DNA of 64,000 nt from Candidatus Bathyarchaeia archaeon (GCA_038882975.1 JAVZNE010000001.1:224001-288000), one strand, 5' to 3'; shown: positions 21,523 to 32,625, counted from the stretch's first letter. Program-made: numbers and translations. The notes: generated by a model from the letters alone, not told the origin.

Positions 21523-22309
21523 ACCAACTGTTCTGAAGATTGGCGGCTCTGTCATAACCGATAAAAGCAAAGAGCTTGGTGTTCAAATGGAAGCCATAAG
21601 CCGAATAGCAGACGAAATACTGGAGGCAAATACTAAAAACCTAATAATTGTTCATGGAGGCGGAAGTTTTGGTCACCCGGTAGCGCAAAAACATGCCATA
21701 AAAGAGGGTTTTAAGGAAGAATCCCAAATAATAGGGTTTGCAGAAACTCACCATGTCATGACCGTGCTTAACGGGCTTTTTATGGACGCCTTAATATGGC
21801 GGGGCGTTCCAGCGGTGAGCATTACGCCTTCTTCATGCATTATGACGCAGAATGGCAGAATAATTTGTTTTGAAGATTCTCCTCTAAAACAGCTTATGAA
21901 AATGGGCTTTATTCCAGTTCTTTACGGAGACGCTGTTTTTGACACAAAGTTGGGCTTTACAATCTTATCTGGGGACCAGCTTGTCGCGTTCTTAGCCATG
22001 CAGTTCAACGCAAAAAACATCGTGATAGGCGTTGATGTGGATGGATTATACAACGCTGACCCAAAGACAAATGAGAAAGCCAAAATGTTCGACCGTTTAA
22101 CTTTGGCGGAGCTTAGGAATGTTCAGAAACTTTTAGGCGGGTCCAACGCATGCGACGTGACTGGCGGAATGGCAAATAAAATTGCTGAGCTTATACCCGC
22201 AATAGAACATGGTATTCCCGTTTTAATGGTCAATGCTACAAAGCCCAAATATATCTATAAAGCCCTTAAGGGAGAAAGGGTTAAGGGCACAATTATAGAG
22301 AAGGAATAA
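21509..22309 (+). CDS. ipk: Isopentenyl phosphate kinase
   Basis: KIGGSVIT, HGGGSFGH, SGD, DVTGGM; located between mvk and fni. Confidence 0.92.
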   Translation: MSQPRPTVLKIGGSVITDKSKELGVQMEAISRIADEILEANTKNLIIVHGGGSFGHPVAQKHAIKEGFKEESQIIGFAETHHVMTVLNGLFMDALIWRGVPAVSITPSSCIMTQNGRIICFEDSPLKQLMKMGFIPVLYGDAVFDTKLGFTILSGDQLVAFLAMQFNAKNIVIGVDVDGLYNADPKTNEKAKMFDRLTLAELRNVQKLLGGSNACDVTGGMANKIAELIPAIEHGIPVLMVNATKPKYIYKALKGERVKGTIIEKE

Positions 22310-22312
22310 GGT

Positions 22313-23416
22313 TTGGCTGAAAAAACCAGAAAGCGTAAGGCAGACCACATCCGCATAGCCACAACCTACAATGTCCAAGCAAAGAACATCACAACAGGAT
22401 TTGAAGACGTGCACCTCGTTCACAGAGCCCTACCGGAAATCGATAAGGACAAAATAAATCTTTCAACAACGGTTTTCAACCACAAGTTTTCCGCGCCAAT
22501 AATTGTAAGCGCCATAACTGGCGGAACAAGTGAAGCTAGGAAAATTAACGCGACAATAGCCACGGTTGTTGAGGAATTTGGGCTTGGAATGGGTGTTGGA
22601 AGCCAAAGGGCAGCACTAGAAGATCGAAGGCTTGAGAAAACCTTCGCCATAGTCAGAAAAAAGGCGCCCACAGCCTTTTTAATGGCGAATATCGGTGGAA
22701 TTCAGCTTGCCAAGGGATACAACATTAAAGAGGCAAAGAAAGCCGTAGAAATGATTGACGCTGACGCCTTAGCTATACATTTAAATCCTCTCCAAGAGGC
22801 AGTGCAACCAGAAGGTGAAACAAACTTTAGGGGAGTCCTTGAAAAAATAGGCGAGATTGTTAAGGAACTAGACAAGCCCGTCATTGTGAAAGAAACAGGG
22901 GCTGGTATAGCCGCTGAAGAAGCGAAAAAGCTTGAAGCTGCTGGAGTGATGGGCATTGATGTGAGTGGTGCCGGTGGCACAAGCTTTGCTGCAGTGGAAT
23001 ATTTTCGTGCGAAGGGTAGGAGAAGCATTTACAACAGAAGGCTAGGCGAAGTTTTCTGGGATTGGGGAATACCCACAGCAATAAGCATAGTTGAAGTTGC
23101 ACAAACAGTCAACATACCGGTCATAGCCTCCGGTGGAATAAGAAGCGGACTGGACGCGGCTAAAGCCCTAGCTTTGGGGGCAAGCCTCGCGGCTCTTGCA
23201 CAACCAGTTTTGCAGGCGGCTGTTGAAGGCTTAAGACAAACAAGAAAGACATTACGCACGTTGATAGAAGAGCTTAGGAACACCATGTTCCTTGTTGGAG
23301 CGGAAAACATTCAGCAATTGCATAAAGTGCCATTGGTAATCACTGGGAAAACAGCTGAATGGCTGAAGTTGAGAGGCTTTGACACAGAGGTTTATGCAAG
23401 AAGGGGTGAGGGCTAG
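22313..23416 (+). CDS. fni: Type 2 isopentenyl-diphosphate isomerase
   Basis: RKADHI, GVGSQR, HLNPLQE, KETG.G, GAGGT. Confidence 0.96.
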   Translation: MAEKTRKRKADHIRIATTYNVQAKNITTGFEDVHLVHRALPEIDKDKINLSTTVFNHKFSAPIIVSAITGGTSEARKINATIATVVEEFGLGMGVGSQRAALEDRRLEKTFAIVRKKAPTAFLMANIGGIQLAKGYNIKEAKKAVEMIDADALAIHLNPLQEAVQPEGETNFRGVLEKIGEIVKELDKPVIVKETGAGIAAEEAKKLEAAGVMGIDVSGAGGTSFAAVEYFRAKGRRSIYNRRLGEVFWDWGIPTAISIVEVAQTVNIPVIASGGIRSGLDAAKALALGASLAALAQPVLQAAVEGLRQTRKTLRTLIEELRNTMFLVGAENIQQLHKVPLVITGKTAEWLKLRGFDTEVYARRGEG

Positions 23417-23417
23417 C

Positions 23418-24494
23418 TTGGTTTTCGACATCGAGAAGCTTCTCGAGGAAAAAGCATCCATTATAAACAAAGCCATTGAGAAATATATCCCAAGAATTTT
23501 CTCGAAAAAAGCCATAATCTTTAAGGTTAGCCCGCCGAGATACGCATATAACATTGAAGCCATAAACAAAGCTGTTGCTGAACCCATTTGGGAGTTTTTA
23601 GACAGAGGTGGGAAACGGTGGCGTCCAGCCCTATTCCTGCTTATATGTGAGGCTTTAGGCAAAAATCCTGAAGATTATGTGGATTACGCCATAATTCCCG
23701 AAGTTGTGCACAACGGAACCCTGATAATAGACGACATAGAGGATGCCTCTGAATTCCGCAGAGGCAAGCCATGCACCCACAGGATTTATGGTTTGGACAT
23801 AGCCGTAAACGCTGGCAACACCATGTATTATCTCCCGCTATTGCCGTTGATGGAGAACCGTGAAAAGCTGGGTTCCGAGAAGCTGGCGAGGATTTATGAG
23901 ATTTATGTGCAAGAGATGATAAACCTAAGCCTTGGACAAGCCATGGACATAGCCTGGCACAAGGGCTTAGCAGACGCAGACAAACTGGATGAGGAAAATT
24001 ATTTGCAAATGTGCGCCTACAAAACTGGGACTTTGGCGAGGATGGCTGCCAAAATTGCCGCCGTGGTAGCCGACGCCCCAGACGAGCTTATTGAAAAACT
24101 TGGGCACTTTGCGGAAAGCATAGGCATAGCCTTCCAAATACAGGATGACGTGCTGGATTTGACTGGCAAGGAGTTTGCCGAGAAAAAGGGTGGACGTGGG
24201 CAAGACATAACGGAGGGAAAACGAACTCTTATAGTAATTCACACTTTAAAGGTTGCAAATGCTAAGGACAGGAAAAGGCTTATTGAGATTTTAAAAATGC
24301 ACACTTCAGACCAGAAGCTAAGGGAAGAAGCAATAGCAATAATGCAAAAGTATGGCTCAATTGAGTACGCCAAAAACTTCGCCAGAAAAATTGTTGAGGA
24401 AAGCTGGAAAGAGGTGGAAGGGCTTCTTCCAGAATCGGAGGCAAAGGAAAAGTTAAACGCCTTTGCAAGATTCCTTATTGAGAGAAAAATTTGA
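23418..24494 (+). CDS. Polyprenyl (geranylgeranyl) diphosphate synthase
   Basis: GGKR.RP, DDIED..RRG, KT, FQIQDD. Confidence 0.93.
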   Translation: MVFDIEKLLEEKASIINKAIEKYIPRIFSKKAIIFKVSPPRYAYNIEAINKAVAEPIWEFLDRGGKRWRPALFLLICEALGKNPEDYVDYAIIPEVVHNGTLIIDDIEDASEFRRGKPCTHRIYGLDIAVNAGNTMYYLPLLPLMENREKLGSEKLARIYEIYVQEMINLSLGQAMDIAWHKGLADADKLDEENYLQMCAYKTGTLARMAAKIAAVVADAPDELIEKLGHFAESIGIAFQIQDDVLDLTGKEFAEKKGGRGQDITEGKRTLIVIHTLKVANAKDRKRLIEILKMHTSDQKLREEAIAIMQKYGSIEYAKNFARKIVEESWKEVEGLLPESEAKEKLNAFARFLIERKI

Positions 24495-24510
24495 AGCGAG
24501 TGCCTAAACT

Positions 24511-26271
24511 TTGAACGAAATTAGAGAGGACGCGGAATTAAGGGAGACCATTCGAAAGTTTGCATTACTAAACGCCATAAAACATGACGGAAAAGCCCAG
24601 ACAGGCCCAGTTGTTGGGAAGGTTTTGGCTGAAAGACCAGAACTGCGAGCCAAAGCAAAGGAGCTAACAGCCCTAGTGAGAGAGATGGTTGATGAGGTTA
24701 ACAGTCTTTCATTAAGCGATCAGATGCGAATTGTAGAAGAGAAGTGGCCGGAAACCCTTGCAAAAGAAAAAGTTGGAGAAGAAGAGAAGAGGCTTCCTCC
24801 ATTACTAAACGCTGACAAGTACCGGGAAATTGTCACACGCTTCTCGCCAAACCCAGATTGTGTTCTACATTTAGGCTCAGCCAGAGCCATAGTGCTATGC
24901 TATGAGTATGCTCGCATGTATAATGGCAAGTTCATTTTACGTTTCGAGGATACAGACCCCAAGCTGAAGAGGCCTGTTCTGGAATTTTACGATAGGATTA
25001 GGGAAGACTTGGAATGGCTTGGATGCAAACCGGATGAGGAGCATATCCAAAGCGACCGAGTCCACGTATACTATGAATATGCGGAAAAGTTGCTGAAGGA
25101 TGGAAACGCCTATGTTTGCACATGCCAACCACAAGCCTTCAGAGAAAAAGTGTTAGCCCAAAAGCCTTGCCCATGCCGCGGCTTATCACCAGAAGAACAT
25201 CTTGAAAGATGGGAATGCATGCTTAAAGGCGTATACAAAGAAGGTGAAGCCGTAGTGCGTGTTAAGACGGATTTGGAGCATCCAAACCCAGCTGTTAGAG
25301 ATTGGCCAGCCCTCCGTGTAATAGATATTGAGCAATATCCGCATCCAAGGGTTGGAACAAAGTATCGTGTCTGGCCCCTCTACAACTTTGCGTGCGGGTT
25401 AGACGACCACTTGATGGGTGTGACTCACATAATTCGGGGCAAAGAACACTTGACAAACATGGTTCGGCAAGAGTATATGTATAGGCATTTGGGTTGGCGT
25501 TATCCAGAGGCAATCCACTACGGCAGACTAAAGATTAAGGGTGCACACTTAAGCAAGTCGAAAATTGTTCAAGGGATAAAGGAAGGCCTATATAAGGGAT
25601 GGGACGACCCTAGGCTGGCAACATTTGCAGCCCTAAGGAGGCGTGGGATAACCCCGGAAGCCATAAAGAAACTTATAATTGATGTTGGTCCGAAAACTTC
25701 GGACGTCATTTTAAGCTGGGAGAACCTTTACGCTTATAACCGTAAAATCCTAGACCCAAAAGTAAACAGGTACTTCTTCGTGTCAAACCCTATACAGCTC
25801 TTGGTTAGGCATATTCCACGAACATTCACTGTTAGGCTTCGATTGCATCCGGAATACCCAGAAAGAGGTTTCAAAGAATATGCCATAAAACCCTCCGAGC
25901 CAAATGGCGAAGCCCTATTTTGGATTTCAAGGATGGATTTGAAGGTTTTGGCCGTTGGAAGGATGGTTAGGCTCATGGAATTATTTAACATAAAAATTGA
26001 GCGAGTAGAGGCCTACTCGGCTGAAGCCTCCTTTGAAAGCGAGTCTTATGAAGAAGCTAGGAAGGCTGGGGCCCCTCTAATTCATTGGGTACCGATGGGG
26101 ATGGACGTGCCTTGTCAAGTTGTGATGCCAGACGCCACCATAACTGACGGAGTAGCTGAGAAAGCATGCAAAGACTTAAAGCCAAACGATATGGTTCAGT
26201 TTGAAAGGTTCGGCTTCGTGAGAATAGACAAAGTTGACGCCAAAATCACAGCATATTATGCACATAAATAG
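24511..26271 (+). CDS. gltX: Glutamyl-tRNA synthetase
   Basis: RFSPNP..LHLG, RFEDTDP, LSKS, QFERFGF. Confidence 0.96.
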   Translation: MNEIREDAELRETIRKFALLNAIKHDGKAQTGPVVGKVLAERPELRAKAKELTALVREMVDEVNSLSLSDQMRIVEEKWPETLAKEKVGEEEKRLPPLLNADKYREIVTRFSPNPDCVLHLGSARAIVLCYEYARMYNGKFILRFEDTDPKLKRPVLEFYDRIREDLEWLGCKPDEEHIQSDRVHVYYEYAEKLLKDGNAYVCTCQPQAFREKVLAQKPCPCRGLSPEEHLERWECMLKGVYKEGEAVVRVKTDLEHPNPAVRDWPALRVIDIEQYPHPRVGTKYRVWPLYNFACGLDDHLMGVTHIIRGKEHLTNMVRQEYMYRHLGWRYPEAIHYGRLKIKGAHLSKSKIVQGIKEGLYKGWDDPRLATFAALRRRGITPEAIKKLIIDVGPKTSDVILSWENLYAYNRKILDPKVNRYFFVSNPIQLLVRHIPRTFTVRLRLHPEYPERGFKEYAIKPSEPNGEALFWISRMDLKVLAVGRMVRLMELFNIKIERVEAYSAEASFESESYEEARKAGAPLIHWVPMGMDVPCQVVMPDATITDGVAEKACKDLKPNDMVQFERFGFVRIDKVDAKITAYYAHK

Positions 26272-26282
26272 GGGGATGCTGG

Positions 26283-26591
26283 ATGCGTAGGCAGGATAAG
26301 GTTGTTTTGTGGCCAGCATACTTTGATTCGACAAAAACTAGGGGGGAGGGGAGAAGAATTCCGAAGATTTTGTCTGTGCCTTCTCCTAAAATCACGGAGC
26401 TTAAGGAAGCTGTAGAAAAGCTCGGGTTTGAATATGAACTTGTGGCGGATGCGGGTTATCCTAAGACGCCTTGGCTTAAGACTGGCATGCTCTTGGTAAC
26501 AAAAAAGGAGGCAAAAAACCGGCTGCTTAAAAAGGTTGCAAAACAGTTGCAGAAAATTCGCGGTGCAACTGTTGCGGCGAAATCTGTTTAG
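26283..26591 (+). CDS. srp19: Signal recognition particle 19 kDa protein
   Basis: WPAYFD...TR.EGRRIP and YP..PW. Confidence 0.94.
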   Translation: MRRQDKVVLWPAYFDSTKTRGEGRRIPKILSVPSPKITELKEAVEKLGFEYELVADAGYPKTPWLKTGMLLVTKKEAKNRLLKKVAKQLQKIRGATVAAKSV

Positions 26592-26595
26592 CTTG

Positions 26596-26994
26596 TTAGC
26601 TTGCTTCTTCTTCACCTATTAAAACAGCGTTTACGACGCCATTTTGACCTGGCCTGGATGTTACACGCGCCAAGCCTAATGATGTCTCTATTATGGCGCC
26701 CTTTGTTATCACGCCTCTTCTGTCGTAGTCAACGTTCGCTGGGTTTTTGACAACACGCAGGATTTCAGCTTTTTCAGTTTTCCCAGTTTTTAAGTCTGTT
26801 ACGCACGCGTATTTTTCGCTTAAAACCTTCACTTTTACGTTGCCGCCCCTTCCCCGCTCAATTTTCCTTTTAGGTTCTCCTAGAACCGTTTCCACTGGAA
26901 ATGAGCCCTGCTCGAATTTCCTTTTCCCACGGTATGGTCGCCTTTTTCCTCCCGTTGGTTTTCTCTTGTGCAAGTCGCCGTGCCAAACAGACAC
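26596..26994 (-). CDS. rps8e: 30S ribosomal protein S8e
   Basis: KRKPTGG, RGGN.K, VTSRPGQ.GVVNA. Confidence 0.96.
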   Translation of the reverse strand: MSVWHGDLHKRKPTGGKRRPYRGKRKFEQGSFPVETVLGEPKRKIERGRGGNVKVKVLSEKYACVTDLKTGKTEKAEILRVVKNPANVDYDRRGVITKGAIIETSLGLARVTSRPGQNGVVNAVLIGEEEAS

Positions 26995-27078
26995 TTTTAA
27001 CCCTCTTTTAGCGTTAACACCTTATAGGCTTGTTCACTATCACGCTAATTTGCATATAAACCTATCCATTTTAAAAGG

Positions 27079-27696
27079 CTAAACGTTTAAAGCTGAGCTT
27101 TGAGCAATATTTTCCGAAGCCTTTTCTCCTTCCAAAATCTTTTTCAGCTCCCTTTTCATGGTTGGGATGTCATGGCTTAGACCAAAATAGTCTGCAAAGT
27201 AGTCCGTCGTCTTCAAAATGGAGGCGCGTCCCTTTCGCTCTACGGTAACTAAGCCCATTTCTTTTAACAGTTTAATATGCCCGTAAGCGTGATGACCTCG
27301 AACTTCCACCACTCGTTTTTGAGAGACTGGTTGTCTTAGGGCTATGTAGGAAAGTGTCTTTAATGGACCGGTGGAGAGCAGCGGTCTTTTGACAAGCTTT
27401 CGGACATGCGGTGTAAATTCTGCTTTAAGTTGTAAAACAAACCTTTCATCCTTTAGTTCGAGAATTTCAAGGGCTGTGTCCCTTTTGGCATACTCCTGCG
27501 CTAAAATTTTTACAAGCCGCTTAGCCTTGTTTTTCGAACGCGTTTTTAGAACTGAGCATAACTCTGAGAGGTCTAGGGGGCGACCAGCAACATATAATGC
27601 AGCCTCCACCAGCGCAAGGTCGCTGATGAATTTGCCCTGTCTGATTTGTGAACTTTCTTCTGCGTTATTGGGTTGAGCCTTCATTTCTTGCAGCAT
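27079..27696 (-). CDS. scpB: SMC-associated kite protein ScpB
   Basis: VEAALY, TLSYIA.RQP, RG, TT..F..YFGL; synteny with smc and scpA. Confidence 0.9.
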   Translation of the reverse strand: MLQEMKAQPNNAEESSQIRQGKFISDLALVEAALYVAGRPLDLSELCSVLKTRSKNKAKRLVKILAQEYAKRDTALEILELKDERFVLQLKAEFTPHVRKLVKRPLLSTGPLKTLSYIALRQPVSQKRVVEVRGHHAYGHIKLLKEMGLVTVERKGRASILKTTDYFADYFGLSHDIPTMKRELKKILEGEKASENIAQSSALNV

Positions 27697-28363
27697 CTGT
27701 TCCTCCAATTGTGATGTATATTTCTTCCGTTTCCTCGTCTTGCCAAAGGCTTACTTTTCCATCTTGAGCCAAGAAAAGTAGAAGGATGAATGTGCGTATG
27801 GCTTCTAGGCGCGCCAACCCTTTAATTATGGTTGAGAACTGGATTATTCCGGCGCCCTTCACCATTTCTGAAAGGTATTTGTAAAGCTTTTCCATTTGAA
27901 GCTCTATTTCCATGAGATAGTAATCTATTTGTGGGAAAATTTCAGAAGGGGTCGGCAGAATAGGCTTGGCTGGAACTTTCTCCAGACGGAAAAACGTCTC
28001 CCCCTTTAAAACGTCGTCCAGCACTTCTAGTAGGTGGCGTATAGTTGTTGATGTTAGCTCGTGTCTAAGCGGCAGAAAAAGTGGTGGAGGAATAAAATCT
28101 AATGGTGGCTTTGGCGGTGGTGGCGGCTCCTCAAGTTTTAGGAGAAGCTTCGACTTCATTAGATATATGAGGGCAGAAGAGTCTAAGGCTACGCCTGAAG
28201 CCCTAAAATCAATTTGCCCAGTTTTTTCCATCTCTTCGAGGAAAGTTGTCAGTAAATATGCAATGTTTATGTTCCATGGTGTGAGTTTCTCAAGTTTGTG
28301 GAACTCGAAGAGAATGTTCCAAGGCGGGCGGAGGTAAAAGGGCTTTTTGATTGTTGTAGCCAT
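27665..28363 (-). CDS. scpA: Kleisin ScpA
   Basis: PW.INI..L, ALIY.MKS, C-terminal F..LLFL..DG...L.Q. Confidence 0.88.
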   Translation of the reverse strand: MATTIKKPFYLRPPWNILFEFHKLEKLTPWNINIAYLLTTFLEEMEKTGQIDFRASGVALDSSALIYLMKSKLLLKLEEPPPPPKPPLDFIPPPLFLPLRHELTSTTIRHLLEVLDDVLKGETFFRLEKVPAKPILPTPSEIFPQIDYYLMEIELQMEKLYKYLSEMVKGAGIIQFSTIIKGLARLEAIRTFILLLFLAQDGKVSLWQDEETEEIYITIGGTDAARNEGSTQ

Positions 28364-28365
28364 CT

Positions 28366-31300
28366 TCAGCCTGTCACCTCTAGGAACCTGGCTGAAACAA
28401 CATATGAGACGCCGTTGCGCCCGTAAACCCCATAGACTTTCTGGGCCTTGTTAACCATTTCAGGCTTTAACGTGATGACGATAAATTGGGCTTTTTCGGA
28501 TTCTTCTAATAAGACGTCGGCAAGTCTTGACACGTGGAAGGCGTCCAAATGCGCATCAATTTCGTCTAGTATGTAGAAGGAGGCTGGTGTGAAGTCTTTT
28601 ATGGCAAAGAGGAAGGCTACGGCTGCCACTGAACGTTCGCCACCGCTGGCGCCGCTAACCACAATTGATGGCTTGTTTGGGAGCTGGACAATCATGTCTA
28701 TGCCGCCAGAGAAGGGCTCTTCTGGATTCTCCAAAATTAGGTTAGCTGCCCCACCGCCAGTGAGTTTTGAAAAGTATTTTTGCAGGTTTTGGTTTATCTT
28801 TCCAAAGGCTTCCATGAACACCTTATGTTTTTTGCTTTCAATTTCCTCCATGAACTTTAGAATGGCTTGCTTTTCCCTTTCAAGCTCATTCATCCTTAGG
28901 GAAAGCTCTTTGTAGCGAGATATTTGCTCAGCGTAATGAGAAAGGGCAAGCTGGTTAACACCGCTTATCCTTTCAAGCTCGAATTGGAGCATCCTTAAAG
29001 AGGCTTCTGCCTCTTCAACCTCTTTGACTGTAACTTCTAAGGGCTTTTCGTAGCCAAACTGTTTAAGCTGGTTTTGCCACTGTTCCAGCTGTATCATGGA
29101 CGTCTGTATATTCAGCTGGTACTGGTTCAGGAGTCGGTCGGTTTCCTCATATTCGGCTTCGATTTTGCGGAGTTCCTTGTCTATCTCGTCTATTTGGTTT
29201 GAGAATTTTTGGGCTTCTTCTTTTGCTGATAAAACGGTTTTTGAGAGTTCGATGCGGCTCTTCTCCAGCTCTGCCAGCTCTTGCTTTAGTTTCTCCCTTT
29301 CTTGGAGCGCTTCCTCCACCTCGCTTTCAACTTTGCGCAGTTGCTGTTCAATCTTTGCCAGCTGGATTTTAGCGTTCTTGTAGCCCACCCTCAAAACATT
29401 GTCAAACTGCGATTGAAGTGTTGAAATCTCTGTTTGCACAGCCCCAAGCTTCTGCCTTAAAGTGTTTATCTCTTCTGCCAGCTTTTCACGTTTAACTTCC
29501 ATCTCTTGAATGTTTGCTGGGTCAACCTTCCGCCTTAAGCCGGCTAACTCGCTTTGAAGCTTGCGTATCTCCTTTTGCAGTGTGCTTCTTTCAGCCCTAT
29601 AAGTCCATATTTTCGCCTTCTCAGCCTCGATTTCGCCTTCAATACGTTTTATGTTAGACTCTATTCTTCTAACGTTCGATTTTGTTCTTTTTATGCTTCT
29701 TTTTACGCGGGCAATTTCCCTATCAAGTGTTGTTATGGCTTCTGATAAGCGTGCAATTTCAACGCGTGTTCTGTCTATTTCCTCTTCAAGGGTTGCTATG
29801 TCGCTTCCCCGTCTGGAAAGGTGCTGTTGCAAAGCTCTAACAGCTTCGTCTAGGCTTTTTATCGCCGCCTCGCTTGGTATTATGGCTGAAAAATCTATGG
29901 GTGCACGGTAATAGCCGCTTTCCAGGGCGCCGCCGGGCTCGTATAAGTCGCCGTTTACAGTGACTACGCGGTAGCCTCTGCTAGAAAGCTCGAAGGCTGT
30001 TTTGTCTTCTGGAACAACAAGGGTGTCGCCAAAAACAAAGTAAACAGCCGGCTCATACTGTTTGGCGCATTTTACAAAGGAGAAGGCTGCGCCATTAACG
30101 TTTATGTCCTCTGGAACTTTTATCGGCTTCGTGGCTGAAACTGCTTCCAGCGGGATTATCTTTATCCTTCCAAGCTTCATTCTGCGCAGAGTTTCCGTGC
30201 ATGTAAAAGCCGCGTCGAAGTTCTTCACAACTAGGGCGTCCAGCCATCCTCCAGCTGCAACTTCAATTGCTTGTTGATAGGCTTTGTCTATTTTGATTAG
30301 GTTGCGTAAACGCCCATAAACGCCTTGAATTACTCCTAACTCGCCGAGTTCTTCGATGCTTTTTAGGGCTTTTTCTTCTGCAGCAACCGTTTCTGCGAGT
30401 TCCCTCTGCGTTGCAAACTCCACAACAGCTTCGCGGGCTGATTCAGCTATTTTTCCAGCTTCTGCTATTTCCCTTTCTATGGCTTCTTTTTGGGCTATGC
30501 GGTGCTCGAGCATGCGCTCCAAATTTTTAAGCTGTGTTTTCTGCTCCTTCTGAACTTTTATAAGCTCTGCCATAGATTTCCCAAGTTCGCCAAGGGTGGA
30601 GGCGAACCTTTCTTTCCGCTCGTTTAAGTCCCTAAGTCTTCTTTCTCGGATTTTTATGGCTGTTTGGCTTTTTGCATGTTCAGACCTTAAAAACGCTAGT
30701 CGCTTATAGTCTCTGTCGAGTTGAAGTTCTATTTCGCGTATTCTCTTGCTGTTTTCGCCTATGCTCTCCCAGAGTTGGGCGGTTTCCTCCGCGAGTGCAT
30801 CATGTTCTGCTTGTTTGGAATTGATTTGGCTCATTATACGTTCGTATTCGCTTCTCAGCCGCCTAATTTTCAGTCTGTTCTCATGAATTTCGCTTCTTAT
30901 GGAGTGGTATTGTTGGAGGCTGTTCTCCCTAACTTTTTTCAGTCCTTCTAGACTTGTTTTTCCAGAGCTTATTTTTGTGGCTAGCTCTGTAAGTTTTGAT
31001 TTCAGCTCGCCTATCTTCATTTGAACCCTAAAAACCTGTGAACCTCCCTCCTCGACGATTTCTGAGCTTAGTTTTCGCCATTCGCCCTCGATTTCCCTTC
31101 GCCTTTGCCTATACTGGTCGCGAAGTGCCCTAATCTTTTCCAGTCTGCTTTTGATTTTCTCCGCTTGAATTGAGTCCCGCTTAATTTTTTCTTGTATTTG
31201 TGCAATGTCGTGAGAGAGCTTGACAGCCTCAAACTTTTTAATCTCATTTTTTAGAAAGTTATACCGCAATAGTTCGTTGCGTTCCCTCTCCAAGTCTTCA

Positions 31301-31914
31301 ACTCTTCTTTGCACCTCTTCTATTCTCCCCATAGCAGTGCGGATGGAAATGTCTGCTGCCCTAAGCTTCTCTTCAGCTTCGGCTTTTTCCGCGTCGTATT
31401 GGGCTATCCCAACAAGGTCTTCGATTATTTTCCGCCTTTCCATTGGGGAGATGTCCGTCAGTCGGGTTATGGTGCCCTGCAACACAATGTTTTGGCTGGT
31501 TGAGCTTATGCCAGCCATTGAGAGAATTTCCATTATGTGGACTCTTGAGATCCGCCTTCCATTAAGCCTATAAACAGACTGTCCGTTCCGGTAGACTTCA
31601 CGGGATATTGTGACCGTCGCCGTGTCAACGGGTATACGTCCATCAGAATTGTCAAATTGTATAACCACTTTAGCCATTCTAGCCCTTTCCAGCCCAGCTT
31701 TTTCCGAGCCGTGGAAAATTAGTTTGGCAGCACTTTCAGCCCGGAGTCGCTTAGTGCTTAATTCTCCCAGGGCGAACAAAACAGCATCAACAACATTTGT
31801 TTTCCCGCTTCCATTCGGGCCGGTTATGGCTGTAAAACCCTTATCTAGGACTATTTTTGCCGTCTCTCCGAAGGATTTGAAGCCTTTAATTTCTATTTTT
31901 TTGATATAGGGCAT
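28366..31914 (-). CDS. smc: Chromosome segregation protein SMC
   Basis: Walker A GPNGSGKT, long coiled coils, hinge, SGGE signature, LDEIDAHLD. Confidence 0.97.
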   Translation of the reverse strand: MPYIKKIEIKGFKSFGETAKIVLDKGFTAITGPNGSGKTNVVDAVLFALGELSTKRLRAESAAKLIFHGSEKAGLERARMAKVVIQFDNSDGRIPVDTATVTISREVYRNGQSVYRLNGRRISRVHIMEILSMAGISSTSQNIVLQGTITRLTDISPMERRKIIEDLVGIAQYDAEKAEAEEKLRAADISIRTAMGRIEEVQRRVEDLERERNELLRYNFLKNEIKKFEAVKLSHDIAQIQEKIKRDSIQAEKIKSRLEKIRALRDQYRQRRREIEGEWRKLSSEIVEEGGSQVFRVQMKIGELKSKLTELATKISSGKTSLEGLKKVRENSLQQYHSIRSEIHENRLKIRRLRSEYERIMSQINSKQAEHDALAEETAQLWESIGENSKRIREIELQLDRDYKRLAFLRSEHAKSQTAIKIRERRLRDLNERKERFASTLGELGKSMAELIKVQKEQKTQLKNLERMLEHRIAQKEAIEREIAEAGKIAESAREAVVEFATQRELAETVAAEEKALKSIEELGELGVIQGVYGRLRNLIKIDKAYQQAIEVAAGGWLDALVVKNFDAAFTCTETLRRMKLGRIKIIPLEAVSATKPIKVPEDINVNGAAFSFVKCAKQYEPAVYFVFGDTLVVPEDKTAFELSSRGYRVVTVNGDLYEPGGALESGYYRAPIDFSAIIPSEAAIKSLDEAVRALQQHLSRRGSDIATLEEEIDRTRVEIARLSEAITTLDREIARVKRSIKRTKSNVRRIESNIKRIEGEIEAEKAKIWTYRAERSTLQKEIRKLQSELAGLRRKVDPANIQEMEVKREKLAEEINTLRQKLGAVQTEISTLQSQFDNVLRVGYKNAKIQLAKIEQQLRKVESEVEEALQEREKLKQELAELEKSRIELSKTVLSAKEEAQKFSNQIDEIDKELRKIEAEYEETDRLLNQYQLNIQTSMIQLEQWQNQLKQFGYEKPLEVTVKEVEEAEASLRMLQFELERISGVNQLALSHYAEQISRYKELSLRMNELEREKQAILKFMEEIESKKHKVFMEAFGKINQNLQKYFSKLTGGGAANLILENPEEPFSGGIDMIVQLPNKPSIVVSGASGGERSVAAVAFLFAIKDFTPASFYILDEIDAHLDAFHVSRLADVLLEESEKAQFIVITLKPEMVNKAQKVYGVYGRNGVSYVVSARFLEVTG

Positions 31915-32033
31915 TAAGCTTGGCCCTCACCTCTAGATGAAACCGTGAGCATCCCGTTTTAGTGTGATTTTGTACCGTTTCGCTATAAAAGTGTTGCATT
32001 CTTCATGTTTTAACGGTTATGCACTTTTTAACG

Positions 32034-32549
32034 CTACTTTTCGGGCTTAAAACCATATTTTGTAGCCATTTTCTTGACAAAAGCTTTGAGGCGCTCATCT
32101 TCGCCATAAACAAGCAAACATCCGTCGCTTTGCACTTCAGATGAAAGGTTCAATTCGCTAGCTAAGGCTTTCAAAGCTTCAACGGTCATATTTTCGGAAG
32201 GCTTAACGCGGATCCATCGTTTTTCCCTTGGAAGCCCTGGAACAAAGCGGGTCTCGCCCTCTTCCTCCTCTAAAACCTTTCTGCTAGCCTCCTCAATCTT
32301 TTTGACCCATCCCTCAACATATTTGTCTCCGAACTTTTGTCCCTCTGAAATGAGGTAAGCCTCAACATTGTTTAGGTATTCCTCAATTTTTTGGCTTGTT
32401 TCAAGGCGGGTTGGGTCAGCCTTCAAAACATTGATTAAGGTTCTAGCATACCGTAAATCGTTAAGGATGTTTGCTGAAACTGCTATGCCCTTCTTCCTTA
32501 GGTCAGTAATCATTTCTTCTAAAACTTTCCAAACAGCTAAATAGCCCAA
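32034..32549 (-). CDS. DUF2096-like archaeal hypothetical protein
   Basis: W.VL..MITDL.KKG N-terminus; recognised from memory of the family. Confidence 0.65.
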   Translation of the reverse strand: MGYLAVWKVLEEMITDLRKKGIAVSANILNDLRYARTLINVLKADPTRLETSQKIEEYLNNVEAYLISEGQKFGDKYVEGWVKKIEEASRKVLEEEEGETRFVPGLPREKRWIRVKPSENMTVEALKALASELNLSSEVQSDGCLLVYGEDERLKAFVKKMATKYGFKPEK

Positions 32550-32625
32550 TGTTCCACCAGCCTTTTAATTCTGATTTTAAACTATAAAAAGCATTATCAA
32601 CCTAACAAAACATAAATTTTATCGG

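Noticed and set aside
31924-31937. Extra repeat-family core upstream of smc (CCTCACCTCTAGA)
   Set aside because: It is a single unit explained by the GAGGTGAGG Shine-Dalgarno on the minus strand.
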